Source of the DNA: Tubulanus polymorphus
Taxonomy: Eukaryota > Animalia > Nemertea
NCBI RefSeq assembly: GCF_964204645.1
Contig: NC_134031.1
Span: 14,185,807 to 14,249,806, forward strand
Direction of reading: 5' to 3'
Length of the DNA stretch: 64,000 bases
Shown: in pieces, positions 11,395-24,285 of the stretch
How positions within the stretch are numbered: position 1 is the first letter of the stretch
How the letters are laid out: the number at the start of each line of letters is the position of its first letter
Notes under the pieces: model-generated
Told to the model about the DNA's origin: nothing
What the model saw: the letters and a program-made list of their open reading frames with translations, nothing else
The model's database searches: none
Translations under genes and position numbers: made by a program

Positions 11395-13394
11395 TTAATC
11401 AACATTCATTTTGATTTCTTTTTCAGTTATTCGGAAAGGGTTTGTCAGATTTGATAGTAAAATTCTAATCTTGGATTTGGCATTTGAAATGGGTTTATCC
11501 AATTGCATTCTACTGATAGGCTGTATCCTTACTCAAAATCAAAACTCCTCTATTGTCCTAGCTCTTTAGTCATAAATTTCAACTTGTGTGCTGGTAAGTG
11601 GACTCAATTATTCATTTCTCAGTTTGATATATACTTGATATATTACCATGTTTTTTCTTTGTTTTAGAGTTAATCCTAAAGAAGTACCATGAATTTCTTT
11701 CCTCAATATCAGCGATGTTTCGGCGGTATGAAAATAAGTCAAACTTCGTAACTTTGCGCATCGGGCAGCATGGATGTTTTTCAGCGTCGAGTGTGGTAGG
11801 TGGACTCCGTTCAAGGTTTATTCAATGCTGTGTTTATTATTTGACAACCCTTAAATAACTCGGTTTCATTTTTATGTCATTTCAGCAGGTTGAGGTCCGT
11901 TTGAGAGCCGTCTAGGAACACCCATGCAGAACGATCGACTGACGCTAGAAGACTAAAATCAAATGTGCTTAATGTATAAAGTCTAATTGTGTATTTTGTA
12001 GATTGTATTTTGATCGGCTGTCAATAAAAATTTCAAAATTCGATTCGAGTTTTAATTCTTGATATTTATTCTGCTTTGGGAATGAAAATCTTCGGTTGGG
12101 AGGATTTTGGTCGGTGTTTGGCAGCTTTTGGTCGGTATTGGACGGCTTTTGGTCGGTATCAGGCAGTTTCGGTCGGTATTGGACGGTTTTAGGCGGTATT
12201 GGATAGGTATATCCATAAAAAATTCAAATTGCCCCAATCTTACTGAAACAAAGCTTATTGGAATAAGGAAGGCTCAAATAACAATATGCTTTTTAAATTT
12301 TTGAATTATCTTCAGTAGTTTTTGAGATATCGCACTTTAAAGTTGGCAAATTTCAGCGAAAAGTGTCTTCATATTTCAATACGCAAAAACTGTGATCTTT
12401 GTTGTGTAATTTGTGCACATATTTTACAGTAAAAGTGCTATATCTAGAAACTACATATGATAATTACACAATTCAAAAAGTTATTTCATGTGAATACTTA
12501 GACCTTGAATTTGAGATAGGTTAAATTATTTGGGGGTCTCGCACTTGACCCCAGTTGCCATGGAAACAAGTAAAATAGGCCTAAAAGTTGTTAAAACAGT
12601 TATTTTAAGTTATTTAATGTATTATACATGTCTAACTAATTAACCCCTGACAATAAACATAATCCAAATGTTGTATAAAACTTGATAGATTTAATTTCAA
12701 AAGGGTTGCTATGGCAACAGTGTCAAAAATTGAGATTTTGATGAAATTGGTGTTTAACATAGGTTTCTTGGGTGAAATCAAGGATACAATATGATCATTA
12801 GCCCCCTCTGAACACCATGGAAGGTCTTTATGCTGATGAAATAATATTTTTAATAGAAATTATGACTTTTCGACTCAATTAAACAAGAAAGGTACGGAAC
12901 AAATTTTTTTCTGAGAAATTCAGAGCCGTAATATTCTAGAATATCATTCTACATTAGGTTATAGTGCCAATCTATGAAAATAATGGCTGTAATCAAAGGT
13001 TTATTCTCTAAAATTATCCTGGATTGAATTAAATAGATAGCCAGACCAAATAATCTAAAAACATCCTGGCTGGCAGGGTGCCTCGGCTGTTGCTAGGCGA
13101 CCAAAAAACTTTAACAAAATGTATACATTTTTTGTGCGCTCCTATGCGCGTGTACATATAGATTCATATAGATGCTTTAAAATGAATTCGCAGGCAGTTT
13201 TCATGCTCTGAAGGTTTTTAAACCATTGAGCACCACTGGTTTAATCCAGAACTCATTTTTTGGTAGAATTGTGCTCTAAGGGTTGCATAATCTATGACTA
13301 CTACTATTTAGTAAAACCAGAGTGAAATTACGGTTGAACAGTATGTGCGACTGAATCTAGTGGTTTTGTATGGGCTTTTAGGGATAGAATAATG

Positions 13395-13520
13395 AAAATC
13401 CTTCTGCCGCCGGTACCCCAGCTACTCTTCTCGATTACACAGTAAGGAATCTTTTACATGCACTTTAAAAAAGAATGTACATGCCCGGCCTTTGATAAAC
13501 CAGTTGGGAGCACTGGTATA
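13395..13520 (-). mobile_element. Probable SINE central-domain remnant
   Basis: ctgccgcc..gctactct..aaggaatcttttacatgcac..ggcctttgataaaccagt..gcactgg resembles conserved-domain SINEs I recall from spiralian genomes; recognised from memory only. Confidence 0.4.
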
Positions 13521-14592
13521 TTCTGACCTAATAACTTGGCTTCACTGGTGCTAAACACACCAGGCACTCTATCCAGCCATCAGGTCATCAAAAATAAGAA
13601 TTTGAAAGAATCAAATAAATAAAGAAAAATACAACTGAAGATTAATAAAAATGAAACTTAACAAAATATACTGGAATGCAACACAAACATAGGTTAAAGA
13701 TTTGGAAGATTAAATATAAGAAAGAGTATATGTAATAAAAGAAAAGACATAACTAAAGATTAAAACAGAATAAATATAACATAAAATATAAATAATTAAG
13801 GATAGACACAACTGAAAATTTGAAAAGAATTAATATAACAAAAATATAAAAAATTGAAAAACAAAAATATAAATAATTGAAAAGAATGAATGTATAACAA
13901 AAATATAAATAATTAAATATAGCTGCAAAGCAGCGATGACGGGTTTTCTGTAAAGCCATTCAGAATGATGGGAATTGTAGTAAATTGAAATATCGATACA
14001 TAGAATAAAATGCATTGACAGATTCGAACCTAATATGCAACCACTGTGTAAACGTCAAATATGATTCAGCTTTGAAACCGAACATACGTGGACGTACAAT
14101 CACAAATATTAATATATTTGACCAGGCACTTATTTTGGCATTCAAACATCATGATACTGTATTATCACCATCCTTAAAAATGGATCTGTCCTATTAAGAA
14201 CTCATCTTAAGCACCTGCTGAGCCGATAGATTGAGTGAATTCACAGATAAGAACGTATTATGATTTAGAATAGATTAGATTTAAGAAGTTAATGTTTTTA
14301 TTGAAATATTTGAATAAATACATATATTGTAGTGTAGATTCAATCAATAAATTATGAATTTATTTGGTCTGGGTTTCCGGCTGATGTTGATTTTGGCTGT
14401 TATGGATTACAAATTCTACAGTGATAAACAATTGATACCTGCAACATGTGTGTAAATCAAACCTATTCCACTAGTTGCGTGTGTTTCCTAATAAACGGGA
14501 GAGTCACTCTTGATCTGAATTATTAGAACTAGGGGTCCAGGGACACCATGCCCACTTGGGAAGTGGTTCCAAATGCTCAACAATCTAACAAT

Positions 14593-15081
14593 TCAGGTAT
14601 CAAAGGTATAAAACATCCCTTTTCAAAGAATACCCATCACAAATTGCAATGAGAAATGGCAAACTCAGAATTCGGGCCAAAATTGACATTTTTGGGCACT
14701 AAAAAAGGTCATAGGACGGCCATCTTGAGTCCGTATGCCAATTTTTGTTATGCTGATGGGCCCAGGGGCATTCACATATATCGGAAAGATCAAGGTAATT
14801 GATCAAAGCGTCTTCAAAATTTCCCTCAGAAAGTTCAAAAATGTGTAAAAAGTGTTGATTTTGGCGAACAACAATGGCTGCCAGTCGGCCATCTTGATTC
14901 TGACAGGGCCAGTTTTTGAGCTGAAGATGTGTCTAGGGTAGATACATGTGAAACCCAAATATCAAGACATTACATTGAAGCGTCTTCAAAACTTCCTAAA
15001 ATAACTGATTTCCGTCTACGGACGGCGGACGAAAAGTGAACGCAATAGCCCGCTGGGACTAAAGTCCCAAGTGGGCTAAAA
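14593..15081 (-). mobile_element. HINE (Helentron-associated) element, family B; other copies at 35302-35807 (-), 30658-30970 (+) and 31620-31815 (+)
   Basis: 5' TTTTAGCCCACTTGGGACTTTAGTCCCAGCGGGCTA hairpin followed by a (CGTC)-type microsatellite, the DINE-1/HINE architecture; nearly identical copy at 35302-35807. Confidence 0.78.
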
Positions 15082-16107
15082 ATAATGTTCATTTAGTCAT
15101 AGAAATTCATTGCCTTTTTGGAGTTTCTGTAATAATATTTGTTCTGCCCTAATTTTTATTACTGTATGAACCAATGATATGCTTTGTAAATATGATGTAA
15201 TAAAATAAATTTGAATTAAATTTGAACATGAGAATCAAGCATAACTTGTGTTTTTTCAACTTGTCTTACTTGTCTTTTGTTAACAGTTCCAGAGTTTCAA
15301 TTACAATCAAATCCAAATTGGCTAAAAAGTACATAGGACTAAATGAAATGAACGGTTAGTTACTGCAAACCTATTCCAGTGTTATGTCGATCGTGTTGAA
15401 TCACTTTCCTTGAGTTGAAAGAATCAGATCTTCTATGGTACAACATCGGTCGAAGAGAGATATCTTGGTGTTGACTGTCCTTGACCATCTAACTTCATGC
15501 GTTTGACATTGGAATTTAGCATCATACCCATTTGAACTGCAAAATATTCATACAACATGAAAACCTACAGTACATGTATACAGTATTAATCAAACTTTCA
15601 CCGATGTTGGATATTTGAATGAACATTAGGTTTATTTCAGTACTCTAAAGCAGGAAATAATAAGCCCAATCAATAGGCCCTATTCCCATTGGAACAATTA
15701 TATAATGCGTACAGCTGTACCGTACACTTATCAGTCAAGAATGGAGAAATCGGTATACCAAACCTACGAACAGCAAAATGTACAGGCCTACAATGATTTC
15801 TGGTAATACAAGCCGTGACCACATGAACGTTTTGGTTTGACTATTAATGTCAGCAGGTCAGAGAAGGCCTGGCCAAACTTAATCACATGGCTCAAATCAA
15901 TTAGCCTTTCTGCGTGTGAATATTTCACTGTATTGTTTTAAAAATTGGCCTATCGAGTGAATTAGTACATAGACTGAATTAGACTTTAGGCTAGTCCTGA
16001 CCAAATCCTATCCATATTATAATGGCACCAGTTATAGTAACATCACTGTAGGGCCGACGAGAGGGAAAAAGTTGTGTTTGTAGTACATAGGCATGGTAGG
16101 CTTGTCG

Positions 16108-16712
16108 TACTCACTTAATACTTAAAACGCTGTTGTTACCTGTACGTGACTGTACGGTGATTTCTACAGGTTAGCCATATGTGAGTACGTTGACGCTCAG
16201 ACTTGCAATATTGGGATTCGAAACCAAACGAAAAAAAATCCAGTAGTAGTCCAGTGATTTACCCACTGTGCCACAGAACGTAACTGGTGGGTGGATGAAA
16301 TTTGACTTACAAATAGCCTAGCCTCACCTAACCCAAACTCTATTCTTTTACGCATGCGCGTTTGCAGATTATAGGAACTCACGTACAGCGTTTTTAGGGA
16401 ACTCACGTACGGTTAACCTGTGGATATCACCGTACAGTCACGTACGCGTTACAATTTCGTACTAAAAATGGCATTGGCTACTAGGAACTCACGTACGGCG
16501 TAAGTAGGGAACTCACGTACGGTTAACCTGTGGATATCACCGTACAGTCACGTACGCGTTACAGTTTCGTACTTAAAATGGTATTGGCTACTAGGAACTC
16601 ACGATTGGCATTATAGACTTAGTAGGGACCTCACGTACGCGGTTAACCTGTGGAGATCACCGTACAGTCACGTGCGGTTAACAACTACGTACTTAAAATG
16701 GTATTGGCTTCT
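16108..16712. repeat. ~110-bp tandem repeat (3 copies) plus one inverted copy
   Basis: ggaactcacgtacggttaacctgtggatatcaccgtacagtcacgtacgcgttaca recurs at ~16398, ~16508 and ~16626; reverse-complement copy at 16120-16190. Confidence 0.8.
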
Positions 16713-17958
16713 ATATAATAGGCCTATAGACAAATAAATACTGGTAGGCTTTCTTATAATCTTAGCTTCCACACTTCACAACCGAACCAACTGACCAACC
16801 AGTATATTTAGTCCCAGTACGCACCAACCGGCACAGGCCTAACACTGTTTGTCAACTGTGTGTACCGTTGTAGGCTATCGATAATCACCTGATACTTTTC
16901 TGTCGTTTGTTTTCTCTCTGAGACGAAGACGAACGTAATTCTAGTAGCCTTCCGCGACTCAACGACCTTGATTTAAACTTGATCAATTCAAAGTCTGTTT
17001 ATTGACGCTTTTGGTTACATGAACCGATCAGCAATATACTTAAATAAAATAACCGGAATAACAAGAAATCAAAAATATTAAAGAGGTAACAAACAAATGC
17101 CCGTAAACCTGTCAGACACGCGAACGCCGGACTCGTAAACTCTTGGACTCGGACCCGCTGAGCAATAAATTCATAAAATTGACTTTGAAATTGATTGTGG
17201 AGAAGAGAGGGAATAATTCAATAGCTCTTCCTCGAAAAGAAGAGAGAAATATCGGTAAGAAAACACAACATGGCTACTAATTGAATGGAGCCAAATTTCC
17301 GATGTTTACGGCTCGACAGTGCCTTTATAACGTGGATTTATCAAAATTCCCATGCAGTATCTGGAGATTGAAGTGAGCTGAAGGACATCATACGGATTGT
17401 ATCGGCGACAGCGGTAAGGTAAGGAAGCCTTTACACTTTTAACAAAAACTATGTGGAAAAGGGAAAAAAAAAATAATAATAATCACGCGAATTTCAATAG
17501 GGTTTTCTGTGAAGAAACAGAAAACCCTAAAAATAGACACAACTAAAGATTTGAAAAGAATTGACATAACAAAAATATAAATAACTAAAAAGTACAACTA
17601 AAGATCTGAAGGGAATTGACTTCAGAAAAAGTAAAGATAAATATATTCCTAGTTGATAAAAAGATAAGTGAAGTTGACCAAAAGATAAGTGAAAGTAAAT
17701 TAGTTCTGTGAAAAATATCAACGACACCCCAATAAATCTGTAATAGATAACTATAGTAAATAAAATAAATTACCAAATGATACTAAATTATCAGGGTTTT
17801 TGTTATTGCCCGATTCAACAAGACTTAGACTTAAATAAATTATACAACAATAATAAGTTATTCAACAACAATAAATACAACGAGTATTGAATTTTTTTTG
17901 GATTTTTTTAAGATAAATATAACAATGAAACTCAACAAGAATAAATAATATTCATATT

Positions 17959-17962
<4 letters not shown>

Positions 17963-18026
<64 letters not shown>
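17963..18026. repeat. (TA)n microsatellite
   Basis: About 32 TA units. Confidence 0.95.
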
Positions 18027-18033
<7 letters not shown>

Positions 18034-18072
18034 TTACAGCAGGTTAATAATGTTCATTAGCAAGTTTGATTT

Positions 18073-21013
18073 TCAAGGGAATAGCTCTAGGTCATTACGC
18101 ATAATATCAACAATAATTTCATCAGCCGACATATAACAAAATTCACCATTATCAAATACAACTTTAAAATCTAGAATTCCGCGCTTAGTTACTTCTACTG
18201 ACTCAAAATATCCATTATACCATTTGGTTGTCCCTTCATCTAGCCATCTAGCGAAAAATTACTACTAACTAAACTATGCGGTGTAATTATCAGTTCAAAT
18301 AAGTCTATCATTTCTAATGGAATGGCAATATCAAATAGCTCATTCATGATCGATTTCAAATCTTCTAAAGTGGACTTGCTAAATGTTATCTTCGACTCAG
18401 GCTGACATTGAAAGATTCTATTTCGAATATTAATCTGAGATTTAATTACTTCTAAGGATTTTGTTTTAGAATGTCCAGCCAGATAACTTTCCATCATATC
18501 GGGTCCAGTCCACAGACCCCCAGATTGAAACATACATTCGAGCCATTGTTCAAATTTAGCTATGTCGCGATCTTCCTTTTCTAATTTCTTTTTTCGCGCC
18601 TCAAGTAGTTTATTTTGAATTTTCTCAGAATGTTCCTCTTCATCTAATCTATCCTGCTCGTTTATATTCTTAACTGATCTTCTAGCTAGACTAATTACAC
18701 TTTCTTTATCAACATCTGACTTCGATCGCAACCATTCGCCTGTTTTATTCTTTCGAAACATAACCTTAGCTTCTATATAGCCAGTTTTCTCATTTCTGGC
18801 ACGCGCAATTTCCTGATCTGCTGATGCAAAATTTCGTTCTCCGCTTATGTTTGTATTTGAGCAGGATGCGGCTTCTTCTAATAGCTGAGCAGATGGATTG
18901 TCAAAAATTCCACCTGGAAGTTGAGATTTCAATTGCCTGTCCATCACATTCAAACATGCTTGGCACAGGTCTTTCAATAAACTTAAAGTGGTTCCGTCTG
19001 AATGACTTGGTGCTGTTAAACTTCGAAATACAGCATCTCTCTGGATATCAACAAGATCAAAAGCACAAGGAGCATCAGGTGTCAATAGACTACTAGCATC
19101 CTTTGCCCAAGCACCAAGTCTTGAATGAGCTATTTCAAAGTGCTCATTCATTTCAAGAATATTCCGCGTTTGGCCTAAGAGTCGCATCCAAGGTCCGGTT
19201 AAAACTTGGCCTATGATTCCCTGACTACGTAAACATGGATCCAATTCATCTAATTGTAATGCGTTCAGTACACTTGTTTGAACAACATTTCGAGGACTGA
19301 AAGTGTCATTGAAAAATTCGATAATTCCTGATTTATAATGGTATAATGAACCGCATGAGAGGAAAACTACATGAAACCTATTGCCGACAAAACGATTATA
19401 AAGTACTGATTTTCTTCTTTCTGTTTCAGGTACGATTCCTTTAGAATGAAGAAAACTGCTCAATTCAGTGCTACAGTTGTACTTTGTATCATGAAATAAT
19501 TTACTGATCACTTTCTCACAGTCGCCTGCCATTGCCTCAAGTGGGTGCATGGCACATTTAAAGTTATTCAAGTTATGGCTTATCAAGTTTTCTAATTCTG
19601 TTTTTCAATCGCTGTATTCGTAGTGACACGATCAGACATGGTGTTTTTGATCTTATTCAAAGTAGAGTTGGAATCTACTAAATTCTGAGAATTCGAAGAA
19701 TCGATTCTATTACATGCTTTAACGATGGTTTTAGTATATTCATCAGCAGTTCCACCGGCTTGAATGGTTAGTCCCATTAGTAAGTCGCCTTGTTTGGTGG
19801 CTACCTCAACTTCTACAAGATGTCCTAGTTTTTTTGTAGTTCCATCGTATTTCACTGTGAGATTATCTTCTTTCTCAATGGTTTCTTGAACCTGAGACCT
19901 AGAGGCAGCTTTCATTTCTTTAGTGAATCGATTCTGGGTTGTATACAAAGGCATATTTCCAGATAGTTCAGTGTCGGTGAGAGCAGAATTTACTAATTTA
20001 ATGGCAGTTGAAACATTTTTTTGAGAAATTCCTAAGTTCTGCAGATTTTAGCTAGCTTCACGAATTTTATGCGAATACGTTCTTCCGTCCATTTTAGTGC
20101 CTAATACCTGATTCTCCCTATTTTCTAGAGTCAAACATTTATCCTGTAGATGACTAACTTCTGAATTAAGAGATGAAATCCTTTTTACCTTTCCACAGAG
20201 ATTTTCTTGATGTTCCAAAAGAGATCCATTTAAATTCTGGGAATGTTTTTCTTTTAAGCTAGATCTGGATGATAGTGAACGGGATTTTGTTTTTGATTTA
20301 TTCTTGTGAAGTTGCCTGATAGTTCGTTTGGCTTTCTGCAGTTTGGACTGAAGCCTGGCAACATTCTGAGCCTCACTTGTTGATTTTAAATCCAAATATC
20401 TTGATTTCCATAATTTTGCTGAAGCTTCTTTCCTTTTCATGAGGAAATTAGTGCGGCTCGTATTGCAATTTCTCAGTTTTTGCTTCAATTGCAAATTCTC
20501 CATTTCAAGTGAATCATTTCTACTTTTTAGATTGCTATTCTGTTCTTCTAAGGATCTTAATCTATCTTTAGCTTCAGCTATTTCACGAGCCATAGTTATG
20601 GAGACTTCGTTCACTATATCTTGTTCAAATGAAACCCTTTGTCGCTTTGAAGCCAAAGGGTTGGATTCTGAAGATGGTTCTGGTGTAGTAATTGGATCGA
20701 CATTAGGCGGGATGTAAGTTTGATTTAGGTATTCTGAAGGAGACTTGCTTTTGGATATAGCCCTCCTTTTGCAATGAACTTGACTGAATGAAGATCTTAT
20801 TATTCTACCTGAATGTATACCGGATATGTGTGGGTATACATAGCCTAATGTCTTAGCTATTTCAATCCATGAGATTTTGGCTTTTGTAGCGTAATTGAAA
20901 ATCTCATATACATTCCCATTCTTTATGTCAGCAGGATTCAAACGTTTTAGATTATCTAGGTTTTCGCTATCGATTCCTAAAGAATCACAGAAAGGACCAA
21001 GTGAGGTAGCCAT
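18073..21013 (-). pseudogene. hAT-like transposase pseudogene (~980 codons; one stop, two frameshifts)
   Basis: N-terminal coiled coil (20048-21013), in-frame TAA at 20048, then YDGTTKK..TMSDR..CAMH..GNRFHV..TNISGERNF (D-D-CxxH-E layout). After a frameshift near 18250 comes a C-terminal WLDEGTTKWYNGYF..FKVVFD..DIMRNDLELFP module ending at 18073. Confidence 0.8.
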
Positions 21014-21164
21014 GATTGAACTATGGAACTGCAGTAAATCTCTGTTTTATAATCCTTATTGAATAAACCCTTTTAAAATGATAGAACACTATATATTCAT
21101 ATAATCCGCTATAACGCATGTGGCAAATATGTACCCTAATTGCTATTGATTCTAACCCTGAAAA

Positions 21165-22460
21165 ATGATCCAAACTTGAAATAGTTTGAATAAATCCTAA
21201 CTTGAAATGGTTTGAATTAAAACAAAAGTAATTCAAACTTTGAGAATGATCCTAACTTGAAATACTCGAAACAACCGAACTTGAAATGGTTTGAATAAAT
21301 CCTAACTTGAAATGGTTTGAATTAAAACAAAAGTAATTCAAACTTTGAGAATGATCCTAACTTGAAATACTTAACTCGAAACAACCGAACTTGAAATGGT
21401 TTGAATAAATCCTAACTTGAAATAGATTGAATTTAAAAAAGATTAATTCAAACTTTGAGAATGATCCTATCTCGAAATAATTTGAATAAATCTAAACTTG
21501 GAATAGTTTGGATAAATCCTAACTTTAAATAGTCTGATGAACTTAACTTGAAATAGTTTGAATGATCCTAACGTGAAATATTTTGGGTAAATCCTAACTT
21601 GAAGTAGAACGAATTGTAACTTGAAATAGTTTGAATTAAAACAAAAATTAATTCAAACTTTGAGAATAAATTCTAACTTCAAATAGTTTGAATAAATCCT
21701 AACTTGGAATAGTCTGAATAAATCCCGACTTAGAATGGTCTAAATAAATCCTAACTTTAAATATTTTAAATAAATCCTAACTTGGAATGGTCTAAATAAA
21801 TCCTAATTTTAAATAATTTGAATCAAAACTAAGTTAATTCAAACTGTGATAATGATCTTTGAATTAAAACAAAATTAATTCAAACTTATTGATCCTAACT
21901 TGAAATAGTTAAAATAAATCCTAACTTGAAATTGTCTGAACAAATTCTAACTTTAAATACACTGTAGTCTGAACAAATCCTGACTTTGAATTTCCACTAA
22001 AGTTAATAGTTTGAATCGAAACTAAATTAATTCAAATTTGAGAATAAATCCTAACTTGAAATAGTCTGAATTAAAACAAAATTAATTCAAACTTCGATAA
22101 TGATCCTAACTTGAAATTGAAACAAGCCGAAATGATAAGTCAAGAATCAAACTTTGACTTAAAATACACTGTAGTCTGAACAAATCCTGACTTTGGAGTT
22201 TGAATTTAAACAAAAATAATTCAAACTGAAAATAAATCCTAATTTGAAATAGTCTGAATAAAACTTGATATAGTTTGAATCAAAACTAAATTAATTCAAA
22301 TTTGAGAATAAATCCAAACTTGAAATAGTGAGCGAATAGATCCTAACTTGAAATAAACTGAATTAAAGCAAAATTAATTCAAACTTTGATAATGATCCTA
22401 ACTTGAAATTGAAAAAAAACGAAATTATAAGTCAAGAATCAAACTTTGACTTTAAATAAG
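21165..22460. repeat. Degenerate ~25-bp tandem array inside the hAT-like element
   Basis: Recurring aatcctaacttgaaatagtttgaat units interleaved with ttaaaacaaaattaattcaaactttgag blocks, giving a higher-order period of ~105 bp at the start. Confidence 0.9.
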
Positions 22461-24285
22461 TTGAAAGTGTCTAAAAAGTAACTAATAAGACCTAACTCTG
22501 AGCGCTATCTTAAAGAAGTGAAAACCTAACCGATAAGCGTTGAATTGTATCTGTAAGAACGCTGAGCAAAATATTTTAAATCAGTTGAATATAGTTATTG
22601 AGCGCTCAGAGATAACTTTTGCTGATGATATCGGGTGTACGTCTGAAAATACGTACTAATACTTAGAATAGTGGCACAGAGACAAGGCGGATACTCCCGT
22701 ATCTATGCTACTGGAAATTGCTCCGATATCGTCAGAAAAAGTATTAAATATTTAATGGTTTACGCGACCCTAACCTAACCTAAATTTACAGCAGCTGGAT
22801 CGGTGGATACTCCTCACCAAACTGCCCTAAGGCACCCTCCTAAATGTACTAATTGAGGGGTACCGAGCGAAGTGCAATGCCCGTGCCTTAGAAACCTAAA
22901 CTAGTGTTTTTTTAATGCGTTGTTTGTGTAAAGTGTACGCGTTTAAAAGTTTGGATACCAAAACACCCAAACGAAGTCTAAAAATGTGTTTTTGTCGCGA
23001 GTTCTGAATCAAAAGAATGAATGACAGGTTAAGGCAAAACGATCCCCGTACGTCTTCAAATCTCAAAATCCAGAAGAAAATCCGTTATTTTAATATATGC
23101 CGTACTGAAAAGTACCACACTATTAAAACAATTACCTAGAGCTAAAACCCTACGCGAATATCACGATAAAACGACTGAAAAGAGGTCAAGTTATCTCTAA
23201 ATCAATCGCGATTGACCGTAGCTTTGCCGACTCAGTCAACCTCCAACGCGCTAATGAGGATTCCTGGAAAATTACCCGACCTATATTGTCTTAAAAGTTC
23301 ACCCAGGGTGAATTAGTAGTTTCTTTCTAAAACTTCTCATGACCACTTTTTGGATGAAATTAGCATTAAAACATTCCAATGATCGACTTAAACCACTATG
23401 TGCCTCCCATCAATAGTTTAACTCGATAAATTTAATGCATAAGTTGGTCAAAATAAAAAGTTTGAAAAAAAACAAGCCTGCCTCCCCTCCCTTAAAAAAT
23501 GCGCTTTTTTTAACCCAACCGGTTCACAGAATATGCCAAGTCAAATGTCACTCCGCATTAAGAATTAATGCGGAAAAAACGACCTTATTTCCAGTTAAAT
23601 AAATTCAGTAATCGTATTATATTTCCACCTCAGATGCATTATGAATTAGTATTGTTGACCCAGAAACCGTTAAAAGTTGCTGCACTGCGTATTTGAATGA
23701 CTCATCGATTTTCTATGCATCGCGTGATCATTCATTGCGCGAGAAGCCGCCATGATGAATGCGCGTTTCAATCGTCGGTTAGGACATGCAATTTTCTGGC
23801 AGCTCTCACTCAGCCCCGACACAATATAAATTCAAGCGGTTTTCGCGATTCAAAACTTAAGAACCTAAAGGATATGATTCCTGGTGAGAGATCGCTTATT
23901 CCGGATGAAAAAGTATATAATTTTGCATGCAAACATGAGGTAAATTTTTAAATTGAATTTTCATCAACTATTGGCGGATTTATACAGTGAAAAACCCCAC
24001 CAGGTCAGGAAGAAGGTTCTGATTGGCTAATCTATAGAGGTCATTAAGTGTTCACATGATTCTAGTGGTTTTATGAATGAATTTACTACGAGTCCTCTCC
24101 CGCGCGTAGCGTGGCTCACGCGTCACACTTTTCTTAGTCAATAATGGTCGTCACAATCGATAGTGGCGCCCCGCGGGGATATGAACATACCTATATTGGA
24201 CGGTTTTGGTCGGTGTTTAGGATTACCCGATCAAAGTTACTTTCCAGTAGCATGGGATTGACTACAATTAATTTTCTCTGTGTTC

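Larger units (their letters stand above)
13917..17530 (-). mobile_element. 3.6-kb Helentron-type element, family A, with nested or captured sequence
   Basis: Same termini as 7519-7982 (atatagctgcaaagcagcgat at 13917; tagggttttctg..cagaaaacccta at 17498-17529); it interrupts an AT-rich tandem repeat that reads through from 13916 to 17531. Confidence 0.75.
12204..24193 (-). mobile_element. ~12-kb hAT-superfamily-like DNA transposon (7-bp TSD, hATw-like)
   Basis: TSD tattgga at 12197-12203 and 24194-24200; TIR TAGGTATATCCATA / TAGGTATGTTCATA matches 12/14; removing the element restores the MULE right TIR; contains a transposase pseudogene. Confidence 0.83.
8236..24228 (+). mobile_element. Mutator-like (MULE) DNA transposon, internally deleted; right TIR split by a 12-kb insertion
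   Basis: 9-bp TSD gatcaaagt at 8227-8235 and 24229-24237; repetitive TIR (..CTAAACACCGACCAAAACCGTCCAATA) at 8236-8430 mirrored at ~12100-12203 plus 24194-24228; MULE transposase remnant inside. Confidence 0.88.

Noticed and set aside
21165-22460. CRISPR-like appearance of the tandem arrays (also 16370-16712 and 55672-55946)
   Set aside because: Units are degenerate and contiguous with no unique spacers, there are no cas genes, and the context is eukaryotic.
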